Origin: Mobula hypostoma
Taxonomy: Eukaryota
Reading direction: 5' to 3'
Assembly: GCF_963921235.1 (NCBI RefSeq)
Contig: NC_086108.1
Span: forward strand, 84,694,001-84,758,000
DNA length: 64,000 nucleotides
Below the pieces are notes generated by a model that was not told the DNA's origin, did not search any database, and saw only the letters and a list, made by a program, of their open reading frames with translations. Shown here one piece after another: positions 51,745 to 64,000 of the stretch (its first letter is position 1; every line of letters starts with the position of its first letter). The position numbers and the translations under genes were made by a program.

Positions 51745-52557
51745 TAAAGATGGACCGAAAGACTGTGGAACCGTGTGCTGTGGTCAGATGAGTCCACATT
51801 TCAGCTAGTTTTCGGAAAAAACAGGTGTCGAGTTCTCCGTGCCAAAGATGAAAACGACCATCCAGATTGTTATCAGCAAAAAGTGCAAAAGCCAGCATCT
51901 GTGATGGTATGGGGGTGCATCAGTGCCCAAGGCATGGGTGAGTTGCATGTATGTGAAGGTACCATTGACTCTGAGGCGTATATTCGGATTTTAGAGAGAC
52001 ATACGTTGCCGTCAAGGTGACGTCTGTTCCCAGGACGTCCATGCTTATTTCAGCAGGACAATGCCAGACCACATTCTGCACGGGCTACAACAGCGTGGCT
52101 TTGTAGACAGAGTGTGTGTGATTGACTGGCCTGCTGCCAGTCCAGATCTATCTCCTATTGAAAATGTATGGCACATCATGAAGAGGAGAATCAGACAACG
52201 GAGATCACGGACTGTTGAGCAGCTGAAGTCTTACATCAAGCAAGAATGGACAAAATTTCCAATTGCAAATCTACTACAATTAGTATCCTCAGTTCCAAAA
52301 CGATTAAAAAGTGTTATTAAAAGGAAAGGTGATGAAACACAATGGTAAACATGCCTCTGTCCCAACTTCTGTTGAGTGCGTTGCAGCCATCAAATTCTAA
52401 ATTTGTGTTTACAAAATACAATTAAGTTGGTCAGTAAAACTATTGAAAATCTTTTCTTTGTACTTTTGTCAGTTAAAGAAAGGTTCACGTGAATTAACAT
52501 ATCACTGTTTTTATTGCATTTTGGAAAATATCCCAACTTTTCTGGAAATGGGGTTTG
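51745..52557 (+). mobile_element. Tc1 transposon, 3' half (DDE domain plus right TIR)
   Basis: WSDES, VMVWG, QQDNA, SPDLSPIENVW; ends ...GAAATGGGGTTTG|TA. Confidence 0.85.
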
Positions 52558-54134
52558 TAAAATGTAGTAATCATTCTTGTGCTAAAGACATTTATTTGAC
52601 AATAGATTAAATTTTTCTTCACTTTAATATAATCTTGTATTCTTCTTTGCAAATTTTTAAGAAATTTCCCACATTTAAACAAACCAAACTGTTTACCACT
52701 TAATATATCTCTGTTAGGTTATTTCTAATAAACCATCAGACAGTTATCTGTTTTCTTTATATTTCTCTATCTTGAGAACCTGAATTTTTCACTACGTAGC
52801 CAAAACTGAATGCATTTTCATGACCTTATCTGTCAAAGCACAGTAAGCATTTAAACATGATTTCCTTTGATGAATATGCTATTATTCCAATCATATAATT
52901 CAGTTTTTAAATTTCTGCTGATCACTGTTTAGTATTGGCTATGAAAACCAAATGTCACTTCATTAAGGGGTGTGCGCATGTGTGCGTGTCTCTCTCTCTC
53001 TCTCCCTCCCTGCCTTGGCTCATCTGACATGATTGCCCCTATCTACATGTTTTAACCAGGTAATTCTGTGCCTGCTCCTTAAGCACTTTCTCTGAATCAA
53101 CTCACTTTTCAAATTTAGTGTAAAATGTAAATTGGACCAATACACTGAGTTTGAAGCTATTGAAGTAAATTCAAAACAATGGGAGATTAAAAATTGACCA
53201 TGATGCACCACACACTGTACTCCAAATTCAAATCTGACAGAACTTTTGAGTTTTTGCCTTTTTATGATTTCCTATCCATTTCCAAATTTTCATCCTCCAA
53301 TCAACTTGAGCTACTAAATGGAACTTTGTGATTTTGCATTTATAAGTCAAAATGCTAAATCATTGAACTTTACACTTTTCCCATTAGAAACCTGCAGGAA
53401 GGTTAGAAAAGGACATGATGGTAACAGGAAGCTTAACTGGTTGAACTTCATGCATTATTCCACCAGATGGAGGCAAAACTCTAATAGAAACACTGGTATC
53501 TTCCCAGCCTCCAATGTAACAAAAATCCTCTTTTTTTAATCATCCATAATTATCTGCTTTATTAAGTACATACTTCAAATGAGCATAACGTGTCTTTATA
53601 AAATCTAAATAATTAAAAAAAGCTGTGACCCACCTAAAATCAGTTGCAGCAAAGACCGAGATAACTAGTTTAGAAAAGAAATTAAAATTCACTTCAAACT
53701 GATTTTCCATGTGGGATCTAAAGCTCCTGTACTGAATTGAAATATATATTGTAACCTTTACAGATGGTCTAAAGCACTCAGGGAAAGAAGAATCAAAATG
53801 TCAGGATATTAGCTGGTGGTAAATATAAACATATTGAGTAGCGAGACATCTACCATAAAACTCTCAGTTGTCATGTTTTCTTTGTCAGACTATTAGCCCA
53901 TGAATAACACTTAGTTGAACGCTTCTCCTTATTAGATTGTACACTCCTGGGGTTTTACAAATGCATAAATATTTCCAGTACAACAGTATCGATCTCCAAA
54001 GAACTAGGATTATTATACAAAAACAACATACGAAACTTCATACAGCAATGTATACCATTCAATATTCCAAACAAATATTTGAGTTGGCTTTCTTCTGTTC
54101 ATACAGTCACACTGAGGTTAAGGTTATCAATGTA

Positions 54135-55725
54135 CAGTGCCTTGAAAAAGTTTTCAGCCCCTACAACTCATTTTCACATTTTACTCTCATTTTCTAAACT
54201 TAAAATGTTTTGAAGCAGGATTTTTTGAGCTAATCTACAAAACATTGTGAATCACGTCAAATCAAAAGAAAAATTCCAACACCTATCAACAACTTACCAA
54301 AAATTAAAAACCAAAATAAAGGTGACAAAATATTCATTCTCTTTATAATTACTATGCTAACCTTCCTCAGGAACAATGGTGGAGTATACCAACTCACCCA
54401 ATTTCATGATGTAAGATCACCTGTTTTCAAAGAATTTATAAGAATAAATACTCCCTCTCTCTGCAAGGTCCAATAGAATGGTAAAATTTCAACAGACCAA
54501 ACCAAAATGAAGACAAAAGCGCATTCAAGGCAAGTCAGGAAAATGATAATAGAGAAGCACAAATCTGGGGGAAGGTACAAGACCATCTCAAAAGCACTGA
54601 ACATACCTCAGAGCTCAGTGCAGTCAATCAGAAAAAAAAAAGGAAAAAATATGAAATCACAGCCACATTGCCTATATCAGGGTGCCCTCAAAACTTAAGT
54701 CACCAGAAAAGAATGGCACATGTAAAATAGGCTACTGTGATGCCAATAGTCACTCTGAGTGAGCTGGAGGAATCAGTCGCTACAACTTAAGATAAAGTTC
54801 ATGGCTCTACATCTCTAAGGCCTTGCACAAAATGGGTATTTATGCAAGAGTGGCAAAGAAGTAGCCTTGGTTAAAATAAAAAAAAATATCCTTGCCTGTA
54901 AAGACTTTTTAAAGCGTCCTTTAGAAGATACTATAATGATGTGGAAGGTCACATGGTCAGATGAGACTGAAGTGGAACTTTTTGGCATTGACACAAAGCA
55001 ATACATGTGGTGTAAATCTATAATACTCCACATCAACCAGGTAACGCTGTTCATACTATAATGTCTGGTGGAGGTAGCATCGGGTAATGGAGATGCTTTT
55101 CAGCAACAGGGATTGGAAATCTAGTCAGAATTGATGGGAAGATAAATGCTGCTAAATACAGAGAGATCCTGGATTAAAAACCTGCCAGAAATCTTAAACT
55201 AGGGAGGAAATTCGTCTTTCAGCAGGACAGCAACCCAAAGCAAACAGCCACAGCAAGCATGGAGTGGCTCCAAATAAAGAAAATTATGTCCTGAGTGGCC
55301 CTGTAGAGTTCTGACCTTAACCCGAACAAACTTCTCTGGCAGGATCTTAAGACTGCTGTCCACCACTGCTCCCCAAGTAACCTGGCACGGCTTGAGCAAT
55401 TTTGCAAGGTGGAATGGGCTAAACTTGTCCGTCACATTGTGCAAAGCTAATAGTGATTTATCCAAAAAGACGACTGGCTGTAATAGCTGTGAGAGGTGGA
55501 TCAATTAAGTACTCAGCCAAGGGTGATGAATACTTCTGAACTGCTGACATTTCAATTTTTTTAAATTTTTCATGCTTTACAATTTTCCGTTTCTGGGGCT
55601 GTAACATGAATAAAGGGAGCATGTGATTCACAATAAAAATTCTCAGTTAAATTGATCAAGATCTCTGGTTGTAATATTTATTTATGTGAGAAAAACTGTT
55701 GGGGGCTGAGTACTTTTATAATGTC
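54135..55725 (+). mobile_element. Tc1 transposon, decayed full-length copy
   Basis: TA|CAGTGCCTTGAAAAAGTTTTCAGCCCC left TIR, GGGGCTGAGTACTTTT right TIR; GRYKTISKAL, WSDETEVELFG. Confidence 0.85.
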
Positions 55726-55848
55726 TTCAGATATAGCTCTGTAGAGCCCTGCTGTTCAAAATAGAGAGTATCATTTCTGTGGCAGGACTTGAACCCTCAA
55801 CTCTCTGTCAAAGAAGTGAGAATGCTACCAGCATAATCACATTATACT

Positions 55849-56591
55849 CAGTGAATTCTAGTTAACTGGGACACACCAAGACCAGTACGTTTTGGCCCAA
55901 TACAGAGGCTGCACTAATTAGCCAAAGTTTCATGGAAATAGTTCAAAAGGCTCAAAAAAGACAAACTATTATTTGATTGAGTAACAAATAAAATACAGAA
56001 TGAATTAGAACACAACCAAAACTACGACAGTACTATAAAACTGGGTATTAGTTCCTAAATAGGTATCGATGGAGGAATTCATTTAACTTTGGCATATTCC
56101 TTTGATTGAATGTAAATGAACAAAATCAGTGCAGACAGCTAGTGCAGATTGTGAGCTACCTTGGAACAGTGCTTTCAACTATTACGTTCTCAAATCTTCA
56201 TTTTAATTGTAACATTTAAAATGATTGTCTTTACCTTCAACTTCTTTGTAGTTCCTAACTTGTTGAAGAAGTGAAATAGTTTAATCTTCACTCCTAGCTG
56301 TTTCTGACATCTCCAAGCCAGAATGCTTGAAATGGCAGTGAGGAAAAGAGTTCTAAATTGTCTTACTGTTTATTACTCACCAACTTATCAGTACAAAAAT
56401 CACTGCTTTTTGAACACAAATACGCAAGTAATGCTAGTGAGAAAATGTTTGATAAGAGTGTCCTGCCCCAATTAAGTGGCACAGTGTCCCACATAAAACG
56501 AAGGGAATCCTGGCTATTTTCTTGATTCATTTTTGTTTTTTTTAAGAGTTGTTCCAAACGAGCAACTGTCCCAATTAACCAGAATCCACTG
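55849..56591. mobile_element. Non-autonomous pogo/Tigger-like element
   Basis: TIRs CAGTGAATTCTAGTTAACTGGGACA / TGTCCCAATTAACCAGAATCCACTG|TA. Confidence 0.7.
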
Positions 56592-57996
56592 TACAGCTAT
56601 AATTTTAGCACAGTCAACATTTTTATGGCCTTGAAATAGCGTTTTACCTATTCAAGGCAGTTAAGTATAAAATGAAGGATTTCAGGTACTGAATTAGATA
56701 GGAGAAATTGTGTTTGGTTTTCTAGGGGGACTAAAAGAAAGGTCATGTTAAATCAAGACAATTCTAAATAGTGTAAATAGAAGGCATTTGTTTCAGTAAC
56801 AGCTGGTTCAATTTAATACTGTGGGTAGAACATTTTTTACATTAAAATTATATTTAAGGTCAGAGCTCTCTGGGTAAGTAATAGAGACAGTCAATCAGCT
56901 TCAAAAAAGGAATTGGTGGCAGAGATAATTAACTTTCACATCAATGGGGAAGGTGTGGGAAATGGGACTGATAGCATTGTTCCTACTGTCATGGACTTGA
57001 TGGACTGAATGGTTTCATTCTGGTCATAATGGTTCTATGGCCGAGGTATAGAGTAAGCAACAATTTTATTGAATGGTGTTGTAAGCCTGTATGGTCTACT
57101 GCTAATTTACTTATGTGCTTATGACGTGCACAATCATCTAGCATGAGGAAATAAGTTTTCCCAAAGATCCTATCAAAATTTATTCCTTAAGCAGAAACAT
57201 CAATAGATTTTTATTCATTTATTTCCATTTGTGCTTGATGTTGGCTACAGTAATTCCTTATTGTGTAACAGGAATTGCACTCCAAAGTGGGATTCCCTTC
57301 ATTTATTTGGGACACCATGCTGTGTAATTAGGATAGGATATTGCTACTGAACAATTTCTGACTAGTGCAGGTCACACGCATGTCAGAAACTACACCGTGC
57401 TTAGTTTTTAAGTTTTAAGTTTTAAAATAGTTTTAAAAATAGTGCCAGTTGCATGTGCCATGCCAAATTGACACAAAAAGATTTGACACTATCCGAAGGT
57501 ATTATCCTACTGGACCAAATTAAAAGCCATTTACCTAACACCACTCATCATCCGCAGGCAGAGATAACTGGAGTGCCAAAATCTACAATTGCATGCTTGA
57601 TTCATCAGCAAGATACACTTCAAGAAGAATTGGCATTACGTGACAGACAACACAGAACATTCCAAAAACGAAAGCATGAAGGTAGGGGTTCAGATATTGA
57701 AGAGGACCGCAGTCAATTGTTTTCCATTGTAACTGGATGAAGTGTGCGTGTCTGAATGTTAAAAAAAAAGTCAGAGGAGCTAGCTAAATAGCTGGTCATG
57801 AAGATTTTAACCCAATGGATGGTTGATGGAAATGGTGGCACCACATTAAGTTCAAGAAAGCGGGGGACTTCCGGGTCATCAAGGGAATGGTGGCGTAAGG
57901 AAAAGGTCTCTCGACAAAAAAGAAGGTAAACTGCCCCAAAATCGAATTTAGACAAATACTTAATATTGCATAACTATATTAATAAAAGGGGCAAGG

Positions 57997-58974
57997 ATGA
58001 TGTCTAAGAACAAGAATAAAAAGTCCGCTTCGAAGGCTGATAAACATAAAGAGATGCAGCAAGGCGACGGGCCTAGCTCCCCCACGGCAAGCCAGGACGG
58101 AGATAATGAGGGGGAATCGGTGACTCTGTCTTTGATTCTCGGAGAGATTCGCGAGTTCCGACAAGATAACAGCAAACAGCTGGAAGATATTAAAGGAGAA
58201 ATAGTAAAAACTAACTCGCGGATAGATGAAGCCGAAGCGAGGATTGTTGGAATTGAAGAGAAGCTACAAAACGCCGAGGAAGTGATAGCAGAAATGCTGA
58301 AGCTACAAGACCAGCTCCAGTGGAAACTAATAGATCAAGAAAGCCGCTCGAGAAGGGAAAATGTGAGGATCTACGGAGTTCCCGAAGGAAAACCCGGATT
58401 GATGATTCCCTTCGTGGAGAAGCTGCTTAGAGAGAACCTTGATATACCGGCCGCAAAAGACCTACAGATAGAAAGGGCTCACTGCGCGTTGGCACCACAG
58501 CCTCCGGCAGGCACCTAGCCCAGATCGATTCTGATCAGATTTCTCAGTTACAGAACGAAGGAAGAGGTGCTTAAAAGAGCATGGCAAAAGAAAGGTTTCA
58601 TGTGGAACAACTGCAAAATCAGTTTAGACCACGACTACGCACCGGGGATTCTTGCCAGACGGAAGGAATATACAGAAACACGGAGAGTCCTGAAGGAAAA
58701 CAACATCAGATTCCAGACCCTGTATCCAGCTCGGCTGAGAGTCTTTTACGACGAAGGGACAAAAACTTATGCTACGGTGGAGGAGGCAACGTTGGACCTG
58801 GCGGACCGGGGACTACCTACTAAAGTTATCACCCAACCGGAGTCGCTACTGGAGAGGATTCGGCAGAAGTCGTGGCAGTTAGTGGGGCGAGGACGCTCCA
58901 CTCGAACCACAGTGTCAAACTACAAGGAAAAGCTGCAAATATTCAGACACGAATGTACAGAGCATACAGATTAA
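57997..58974 (+). pseudogene. L1 ORF1 (coiled coil, RRM, CTD) with one in-frame stop
   Basis: RSRRENVRIYGVPE, IERAH, YPARLRV; TAG at 58516-58518, same frame continues to 58974. Confidence 0.85.
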
Positions 58975-59336
58975 TTAAGAGAAATGACTGAAAAGAGTAA
59001 ATCGGACTTAAACGTAAAATGAAAACTGGTAACTGAAAATAAACTAGGCGGAATAACTTGAATGATAGCAATATGGTCGAGACATAAATAGGAGAAAATT
59101 CTCTATGATTATTCAAACTGCTGAGGGCCCTCTAACACAGGCTGAAGATAGAGGTTATCCCTCTGAACTGAGGCGGGTCGGTGCTCAGGCCTCACTGTGG
59201 GAAGTCGGGAAAAATTTTCAAATGTTATACGTTCAGAAATGTCTAGGGTGTGGTTATATGTCTTGGTTTACTGTTGAGAAGGGATTGCTTACTGTTTGGT
59301 TAGAAAAGGAGAGTGCTTTTTTTCTACTAGAAAAAA

Positions 59337-62300
59337 ATGCAAACTGAATTGGTAAAAATAATTTCCTATAATGTTAATGGGGTTTTGAATCCAATTAAAA
59401 GAAATAAGATTATGTCTAAATTGAAAAAAGAGAGGGCACAAATAGCTTTCCTCCAGGAAACACATATGAGCCAATCTGAACATGGAAAATTAAAAAGAAT
59501 TGGCTTTAAGCATGTATTTTATTCATCATATAAATTGAGTCACAAAAGAGGGGTAGCTACTTTAATAACAGGTACTCTTAATTATGAACATATTTCAGAG
59601 ACTAGAGACAAAGAAGGACGGTTTGTAAAAATCACAGGAAGAATAGAAGGTACAGAAATAACATTGCTGAATGTTTATGCTCCTCCAGGTAGTGAATGGT
59701 CATTTTATAGACACATTTTTGACCTAATGGTCAGTTCTCGAGGGGTAGTAATTTGTGGAGGGGATTTTAATATTAGATTAAATCCTATATTAGATTCTTC
59801 AAGAATAGTTACTCAGAATAAACCTCTGACTCGGAAAGTGAATTCATTGATGGAGGAGTTGGGAATTATAGATGTCTGGAGGGAATTACACCCTACTAGT
59901 AAAGATTATACATATTACTCTTTCCCTCATTCAGCCTATTCAAGCATAGACTATTTCTTTATCTTTAATACAGATAGACTCAGGATAAAAAACTGTAATA
60001 TTGCAACAATTGATCTGTCGGATCATAGCCCAGTCTCTACGTCTCTAATCCTGGAAAGGAAAATGAGGAAAACACTATGGAGGCTAAACTCACATATACT
60101 CAATAACCCGAAAGTAATGGAGAGATTAAGGGGAGAAATCAAAGAATATCTAGACCTTAATGACACGGGAGAAACATCACCAGTGATTTTATGGGATACA
60201 TTGAAAGCTGTACTGAGAGGGAAAATTATTTCCATTACTACTCACATGAAAAAAATCAATGCACAAAAATTAGTAGACCTTCAAGGAAAATTAAAACAAC
60301 TTCAAGTTGTAGATAGCAACAAAAATAATTCAAATCGAAAACAGGAAATTAGGAAATTGCAAAGTGAAATTGATGATATTTATACGTTGGAAACTCAAAG
60401 AAATTTTCTTTACCTGAGACAAAAGAATTATGAAGTAGGAGGTAAATCAGCTAGATTATTAGCATATAAATTACGAAAACAACAAGCAGACAATACAATT
60501 CATAAAATAAAGAATCCAAAGACAAAGCTTGTGGAGAGTACAATAGGGAAAATTCAAGAGAGTTTTGAAACATATTATCGAGAGCTGTACTCCCAACCCC
60601 GGGCCCCCAATGAGCCCTATATAGACAGTGTATTGAATTTTTTAGATCTACCTAAACTTACAGATTTACAAAATGAAAGCTTATTAGAACCAGTAACTGT
60701 CAAAGAACTGAACGTGGCCATCTCTAGGTTAAAGGCTGGAAAGTCCCCGGGTTCTGATGGGTTTACCTCAGAGTGGTACAAGTCCCTGAAGACACAGTTA
60801 GCCCCATTACTACTTAACACCTTTAATTGGATCTTGCAGAGAGGAGAAACTCCACCTTCCTGGAGAGAAGCGATTATTTCAGTTATTCCTAAAGAGGGTA
60901 AAGATAAACTAGAATGTGGCAATTATCGGCCAATTAGTGTTCTTAATTTAGATTACAAACTATTTACATCTATATTAGCGCGCAGATTGGAAAAGCTTTT
61001 ACCTGGCCTAATCCATTTAGACCAGACTGGATTTATTCAACAAAGACAAACACAGGACAACATAAGGAGAACTCTGCACATATTAGAACAGGTTAATAAG
61101 AACGAGACAGAGACAATGGTAGTAGGATTGGACGCTGAGAAAGCTTTTGATTCAGTTAGTTGGGCATTCTTATACAGAGTGTTAGGAAGATTCGGCTTTC
61201 AAGAAAGGTTTATTAAAGTAATTCAGACTCTATATGACAGCCCTACAGCCCGAATTAAGATAAATGGGGACCTCTCTGACTCCTTCATTTTAGAGAGAGG
61301 CACTAGACAGGGATGCCCAATTTCTCCTCTCCTTTTTGCGCTATATATTGAACCACTTGCCCAACTAATAAGACAGAGCGAAATCGTAAAAGGTATCAAG
61401 GTGGCAGGGATTGAACAGAAAGTGGCGTTATTCGCAGATGATGTTTTGGTCTATCTGAGTGAACCAGAAAAATCATTTATAGGATTGTTTACACTGTTGG
61501 ATGACTTTGGGAAAATATCAGGTTATAAAATAAATGTAAAGAAAACGCAGGTTATGTCCCTAAATTATATACCATCCAAAAAATTGCAGGATACATACCA
61601 TCTTAAGTGGGAAGCTAAATCATTAAAATATTTAGGAATAACCCTGCCGAAGGATCTTTCAACACTGTCACAGGTAAATTATGGGCCATTAATCTCAGAG
61701 ATAAAAGCAGATATGCATAGATGGAATCTTATCCCCTTTTTAAGTTTAAATTCAAGGATAAATATTATAAAAATGAATATTCTTCCTCGGTTATCATATC
61801 TTTTCCGTACTTTACCAGTGGAGGTGGATGATAATCAATTCAGGGAATGGGACAAATGGATTTCCCGCTTCATTTGGCAAGGAAGGAAACCTAGAATTCG
61901 ATATAACACCTTACAGTTAGGGAAGGAAGGAGGAGGTATGATTCTTCCTTGCCTGAGAAATTATTTTTATGCCTCACAGATAACCCCTCTGTTATATTGG
62001 TGTAATAGGGAATATAAGGCTAGATGGAAGGAAATAGAATTTGGATTAGTTGACAGTTTTCCTCTTCAGGCCTCAATAGCCGACAAAGGATTGATGGCCC
62101 AGTTGGAAAAATTTAATAATGCTTGGATAAATCTTACATTAAAAGTATGGCAGAAGGTGGTTAATTCATAACATGTTAAAACTCTTTAGATGGTGTGCAT
62201 ATGATACCGAATTCCTTCCCAACAGAGGAGATAAAAGATTTGAGCTATGGATAAAGAAAGGTCTTACAACCTACCTCTCATTTATAGATAAAAGAGTATT

Positions 62301-63114
62301 ACAAAGTTTCCAAATCCTGCAGGACAAACATGGCCTAGAACATAATGACTTTTTTAGGTACCTTCAAATACGAAACTATGTTAACCAGAGTTGTAGATAT
62401 ACAGACCTATCAACAGTAGAATTAGAATTTTTCAAGATTCTGAATTCGGCTTGCAGTTCAATACCCAGTAAATCAGTTTCTCGCCTATATAATGCACTCT
62501 CCCATGCTAAAAATGTAAATACACTGTATATTAAAGAGAAGTGGGAGAAAGAAGCGGGGTTGGTACTTTCAGAGGAGGCTTGGGGGAAAATCTGCAGCTT
62601 TCAATGGTCCTCGACTAATTCTTTGACTTGGAGAGAACATTGTTGGAAAAACATTATAAGATACTTCAAGACCCCATATCAGGAAAAATATAAAGATACA
62701 AATGTGATGTGTTGGAGAAGGTGCGGCTCCAAGGAGGCAAATCATTTTCATATTTTCTGGGATTGCCCTAAATTAAGTCTATTTTGGGAAGGTATTCATA
62801 GGACATTAGTTGAGGTACTTAGGTCCCAGATACCTCTGAACTTTGAGACGCTCTATTTGGGGCATGTATTGTTCCTTGAACAGAAGGAAGATATAAAGTT
62901 GCTGCAGGCCCTCTTAGCGGCAAGTAAGAAATCAATCACTAGAAAATGGCTAAATCCAATACCACCTACATTAGAAGATTGGTACGAAATTATCTTGGAA
63001 ATATTTAAAATGGAAAAGTTGACTTACTCCCTGAGAACTCAAAAAGAAACATTTTATCAAATCTGGAATAAATGGATTGAATATATAACCCCAATGCGAG
63101 CAGACTTTAGATGA
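59337..63114 (+). pseudogene. L1 ORF2 (APE endonuclease, RT, C-terminal Cys region) with one frameshift
   Basis: 944 aa plus 313 aa; SYNVNG, LQETH, GGDFN, SDH, LDAEKAFD, GTRQGCPISP, LFADD, KYLGI, CWRRCG..HIFWDC; break at ~62170. Confidence 0.9.
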
Positions 63115-64000
63115 CTCTCCTAATGATTTATATTGCTCTTCTCATCAACACAGTAATATTGCTAACGTAAGCACCCCTAGTCTAAATGTTTGTTTTTTTT
63201 TGGAAAATAGAGAATTAACACAAGTAAAAGGAAAGATTTGGGAAAGGGATAAAAAAAAAGAAAAAATTAAGTAAATAAGTACATAGGGATTGGATAATTA
63301 TGTCTGCGGGCAGGAACAAGCACGAACAAATTGGGATATAAACACCTACAATGGTTGGTATATAGGCTTGTATGCAACATTTTGGACCAGTGGAAATGGT
63401 CCAGAAGGGTTGTATGGAAACTATTATTACCATTTTTCTTAACAACTAATTTCATTACTTAGCCTAATAGGTTAGATTTACCACAGTACATAATTATCTA
63501 TTTAAATGTTTATTTTCCTTTTATATCATCTCAATGTGTACTTAAGAATGTATAAATAATTGTAGTTTTATACATATAAAAAATGGAAAAGGTTATATGT
63601 GTGAAAAAAGTACATGATAATTGTGAATTCCTTATCCAAATAAAAATAAAATTAAAAAAAAAGTTCAAGAAAGCACATGGCAAGAAAGATGGTGTTGACA
63701 CTGTAAGTGCAGAAACATGGAAATCAACAAAATTCCCTGACTTGCATCAAAAATTTTGCGTCCAATGGCAGTGAAATAGGCCTTTTCTATCGTGCCACAC
63801 TGAAGGGTTTTCTCGGCTACAAACATGCAACACTATCAGGTTCAAAGAAAATAACAGATTGCATAATGGATCGATTATCTGCACTAGGTGTCTGCTCTGA
63901 TTTTGTTCATTTACAGTTAACCAAAAGAATACAACAGCGTACACTGGATGAATTTCTGTGTCAATAAATTTTCGGTACCAATACACAGTTTTATAACACA

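Larger units (their letters stand above)
57862..63660 (+). mobile_element. Full-length L1-clade LINE (~5.8 kb), antisense within a PTPRF intron
   Basis: 14 bp TSD AAGTTCAAGAAAGC (57848-57861 / 63661-63674); 5' GGGGGACTTCCGG; A-rich tail; ORF1 and ORF2 present. Confidence 0.95.
57280..64000 (+). mobile_element. Decayed pogo/Tigger transposase, split by the L1 insertion
   Basis: CENP-B-like HTH (ITGVPKSTIA) at 57453-57740; ...IKFKKA|HG continues after 63661 with a (D)EIGLFYRA-like DDE start. Confidence 0.7.

Noticed and set aside
52968..53012. (GT)n/(CT)n tract
   Set aside because: Short ordinary microsatellite
57453..57740. Domesticated TIGD/CENP-B-like gene
   Set aside because: Multiple stops and frameshifts, and interrupted by L1; a decayed transposon
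51199..64000. Preceding PTPRF exon (…GSDYINASF…)
   Set aside because: Looked for by eye and not found; probably beyond the window's right edge

Overview
Vertebrate nuclear DNA. The repeat landscape suggests a cartilaginous fish, probably a ray (inference). Two protein-coding genes lie in tandem on the minus strand, in the same order as at the human PTPRF-KDM4A locus. The first is the 3' end of PTPRF/LAR: five exons of the D2 phosphatase domain (51198 to 38570) plus a 3'UTR to about 37260. The second is the 5' end of KDM4A: a CpG island and CCAAT-rich promoter at about 25.7-27.3 kb and three coding exons (25258-25121, 8925-8750, 2610-2496). Most of the rest is transposon-derived: CR1, Rex1/Babar, L1 (one near-intact 5.8 kb copy and one RT-deleted copy), Tc1, pogo/Tigger, a hAT-like element, RTE and Penelope. 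Many of these are nested, with readable target-site duplications (TSDs). The most striking non-genic signal is a family of short fold-back insertions (70-250 bp, 9-14 bp TSDs) built around a minimal type-I hammerhead ribozyme motif of the Penelope-like class. A second, unrelated fold-back family with a hammerhead remnant and a decayed autonomous Penelope lie in the same window. No rRNA, bona fide tRNA or CRISPR array was seen.
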